A stretch of DNA of 63,942 nt, the filler included, from Chrysochromulina tobinii (taxonomy: Eukaryota): assembly GCA_001275005.1 (NCBI GenBank). It is 5 parts of 5 records of this genome, joined end to end, with 100 filler letters (N's around TTAATTAATTAA, not from the genome) between each part and the next. Parts side by side here need not be neighbours in the genome. Positions count along the whole stretch, not along the records: positions 61,601 to 63,942 come from JWZX01001289.1; 4 more parts are not named here. One strand, written 5' to 3'. The first letter of the stretch is position 1. Each line of letters begins with the position of its first letter. Under the pieces are notes generated by a model, which made no database searches, had not been told where the DNA came from, and worked only from the letters and a program-made list of their open reading frames with translations. Below are positions 61,601-63,942 of the stretch, piece after piece. The translations under genes were made by a program, and so were the position numbers.

Positions 61601-63902
61601 GGGTTCCCCCTCGACTGCGCTTCCTCTCATTCGCTGTCTCTTCCAGTCTAGCCATAACACTCGACACTGCACGCCCAACATTTTCATAATGCGTCTTCAA
61701 CAGGTTCGACTGTTTCACTTGCGGGGCATAGGAAGCGCTGTACTTCAGGGCCATTGAGTACAACACATTCATAGCGCTGACAAGGTCTTCGTAGTACGAC
61801 AGTGCCATTCGCTCGACATTTCGTAACTCGTGTAGCGTCGTTGCCTGAAAGGCCTTGGTCTCCATCCTTTGTAGGTTATTTTTCCATGTAGTGTTGACCA
61901 GCGTGCTTGTTCTTCCTTTGATATAATCGAATGCCGCTTTCGCACCTCTCTGAGCATTTGCTCGAGCAGCTTGCACATCAATATGCTTCAGGACGCCAGC
62001 GACGTCAAGCGCGTCGAACGTCGGAGATCCTCCGAGGCCTAAAGCTTCAGACAACGACTCCACAACTGAAGCGGTGTCCACATCAAGCATGTCCTCTTCA
62101 ACAGCCATCTTTGGGTTCCTTCCAGATGATTGGCCTTGCTTTGGATTCAGTGATGACATGCCTTGCTTTGGTTTCGCGAGCTGCGTCGACTTTGAGCCAG
62201 CGGAGGACTTCGAGCAAGATGAAGCCACTGCTGGCGATGATGCGGCGAGCGCGGCGGCGGGGCGGGCTGCGGCGGGGCGGGCTGCACTCTTCGGGGCGGA
62301 AGACAACGCCCCAGCCGCCACAGAGGCGGGCCCTGAGACCTTTGTCGTCTTCCTGCCTCCCTGAGTGGCCGTCACGGCCGGAAGCTGAGAAACCGACTCT
62401 GAACCTTGGTGACCACTGTCGCCAGCAGTGAAAGCACTCTCCGCCTTGAAAACGTCAGTCGCCCATCTCATCGTTTTAAGCTGTTGGACGTTCACTATTG
62501 GTTGTCCAGATCTGTCGTGATTAAAGAGAAGCCTGGTCCCGTCCTCGCATCGCTTCTCTTGCATATCGATGATTAGATGTCTGGCCTTCTGGAGAAGACT
62601 GTTTCTCCCCTTCTGGAAGATTGCCTCTTTGCTTCCAGGAGACATGTCTTCCACGCTCGCTAAAAGGAGTGTATCAGCGAGTGAATTTTCATTGTTTGCC
62701 ATCACGATCGCTGCTGGCTTGTAAAGTAGAGGTACGAGATGAGGGTAGTTGTCACATAGCCAGGCCTCGTCCTTTTGGAATGTGGCCTCGTGAGTGAAGC
62801 ACTGGAGGAAGGTGAGCACCACGTAGCCATGGTGGCCTACTGGCTTCAATGTCACCATTTCGTGCATGCCGCGAATCACGCTCGCCAACATAGCGTGGCC
62901 CCTCTTCTGTGCCTGGCCATCACACAATATGAGATCGATTTCGTCACCTGGGATGCCCGCCTTACCATTTCGGGCAAGGGCCTCCCTCCGGACACAAATG
63001 GGGGCGGAGGCGAGCAACAACGGGCTGACACCTGGTCGGAGCAATCCCACGCCTGCAAAGATCTCCTTCGTGCAGAACGTCGGTTCACCGTGTTCCATGA
63101 GGAACAGTCGCCATGCTGATTGCGAAGCGATGTTGACCACGAGGTGGTGATTCTGCAACCACACCACGCTCCGGTCACCCTCTGGATCAGAGGGCGCGAC
63201 TCGAAGAGCTGGCATCGAACAGTCTTTGGCCAAGATCGCCATTGCAATAACATTCGTTTCCGCGACTCGTTCAAGAGCGTCAGAAGTGCGTTTATGTCCA
63301 GCACGTGCTTCGGCTCCCGCGTTTCGCCTCCGCCTTGCGCCATCTTCCTCATCAGAGTCATCTGGCTTGGGGTACGGGTCCACGTGTGAGTCGACCGCCT
63401 TGTCTTCGGGAGTCATCTTCTGCTTCCCCTTGCTGGCCGATTTGGCAGTGGCCGTCTTCAAGGCAACGGCCGCCGTCGAGGCGGCGGGCGAGGCAGAGGC
63501 GGATGCGACGGCGGCAGACGAGGTAGAGGCGGATGCGATGGCGGCAGCAGCAGACGGGTCGGCAGTCTTTCCTTCCTGTCCCCCGTTTCCTGCCTCGACA
63601 TTTGCAACCGCTGCCGCTATCACTGCCGCTGCAACTGACGCTGCCACAGCCTCTGTCGTTGCCTCTTCCGGGTTCGAGACGCCGTTGCTATTGTCGCTGT
63701 CGCATTTTCCCGCATTGCCTCCGTTCTTGTCACCTAGCCATGCTTGCCGGAGACTTTCATTGATAATAATGCCCGTGTCCATCAGCGGCTTCAGCTTGAC
63801 TTCTATCTCTTGGCCTAATGCTTCCGTCAATCTTGCCTTCTTATGAGATGACGCTAAGAGCTCCTCAAGATCGGTACAGTGACCCACCTGAAAGGCTGGC
63901 AT
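61601..63902 (-). CDS. Orphan protein >765 aa (3'-truncated), lower GC than neighbouring genes
   Basis: Uninterrupted ORF to the gap; visibly more A/T-ending codons; no family recognised. Confidence 0.6.
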
Positions 63903-63942
63903 CTTCGAGGCCGTTTTTCCTGACTCGATGCTGTACCCCTGC

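Noticed and set aside
1..63942. tRNA, rRNA or snRNA genes
   Set aside because: None recognised by eye; a covariance-model scan would be needed to exclude them.

Overview
GC-rich eukaryotic genomic DNA, most consistent with a haptophyte alga (Chrysochromulina/Emiliania-like; inferred from composition, a GC-AG intron, repeat-filled introns and gene content). Five contigs are joined by synthetic N44-TTAATTAATTAA-N44 linkers. The first ~53 kb are densely packed genes: a 2OG-Fe(II) oxygenase, a folate-receptor-like membrane protein, a phospholipase C/phosphoesterase, ankyrin-JmjC, a PTGR/CurA reductase, two TBL/PC-esterase acetyltransferases, mitochondrial uL15, TRS33, PTEN, ankyrin-HDAC, an HMG-box/AT-hook protein, armadillo, HA-domain, RING, DENN, TPR, CCDC81-like, a copper-monooxygenase-like protein, DUF2828-vWA, DHHC and GH30. 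The last three contigs hold a DIRS-like retroelement fragment, decayed PPR and PX gene fragments, and two orphan ORFs. The most striking signal is in the introns. Several consist of a copy of the start of the downstream exon (supplying the GT donor from an AG|GT site) fused to a short branch-point/polypyrimidine/CAG module. They appear at different stages of decay: 39/40 identity in the ARM gene, two stacked 66-nt GT-AG units with zero-length exons in the HMG gene, and 15/18 identity in the phospholipase C gene. This suggests an active duplication-plus-3'-splice-module route to intron birth, possibly with recursive splicing. All domain calls come from motif recognition only; no searches were run.
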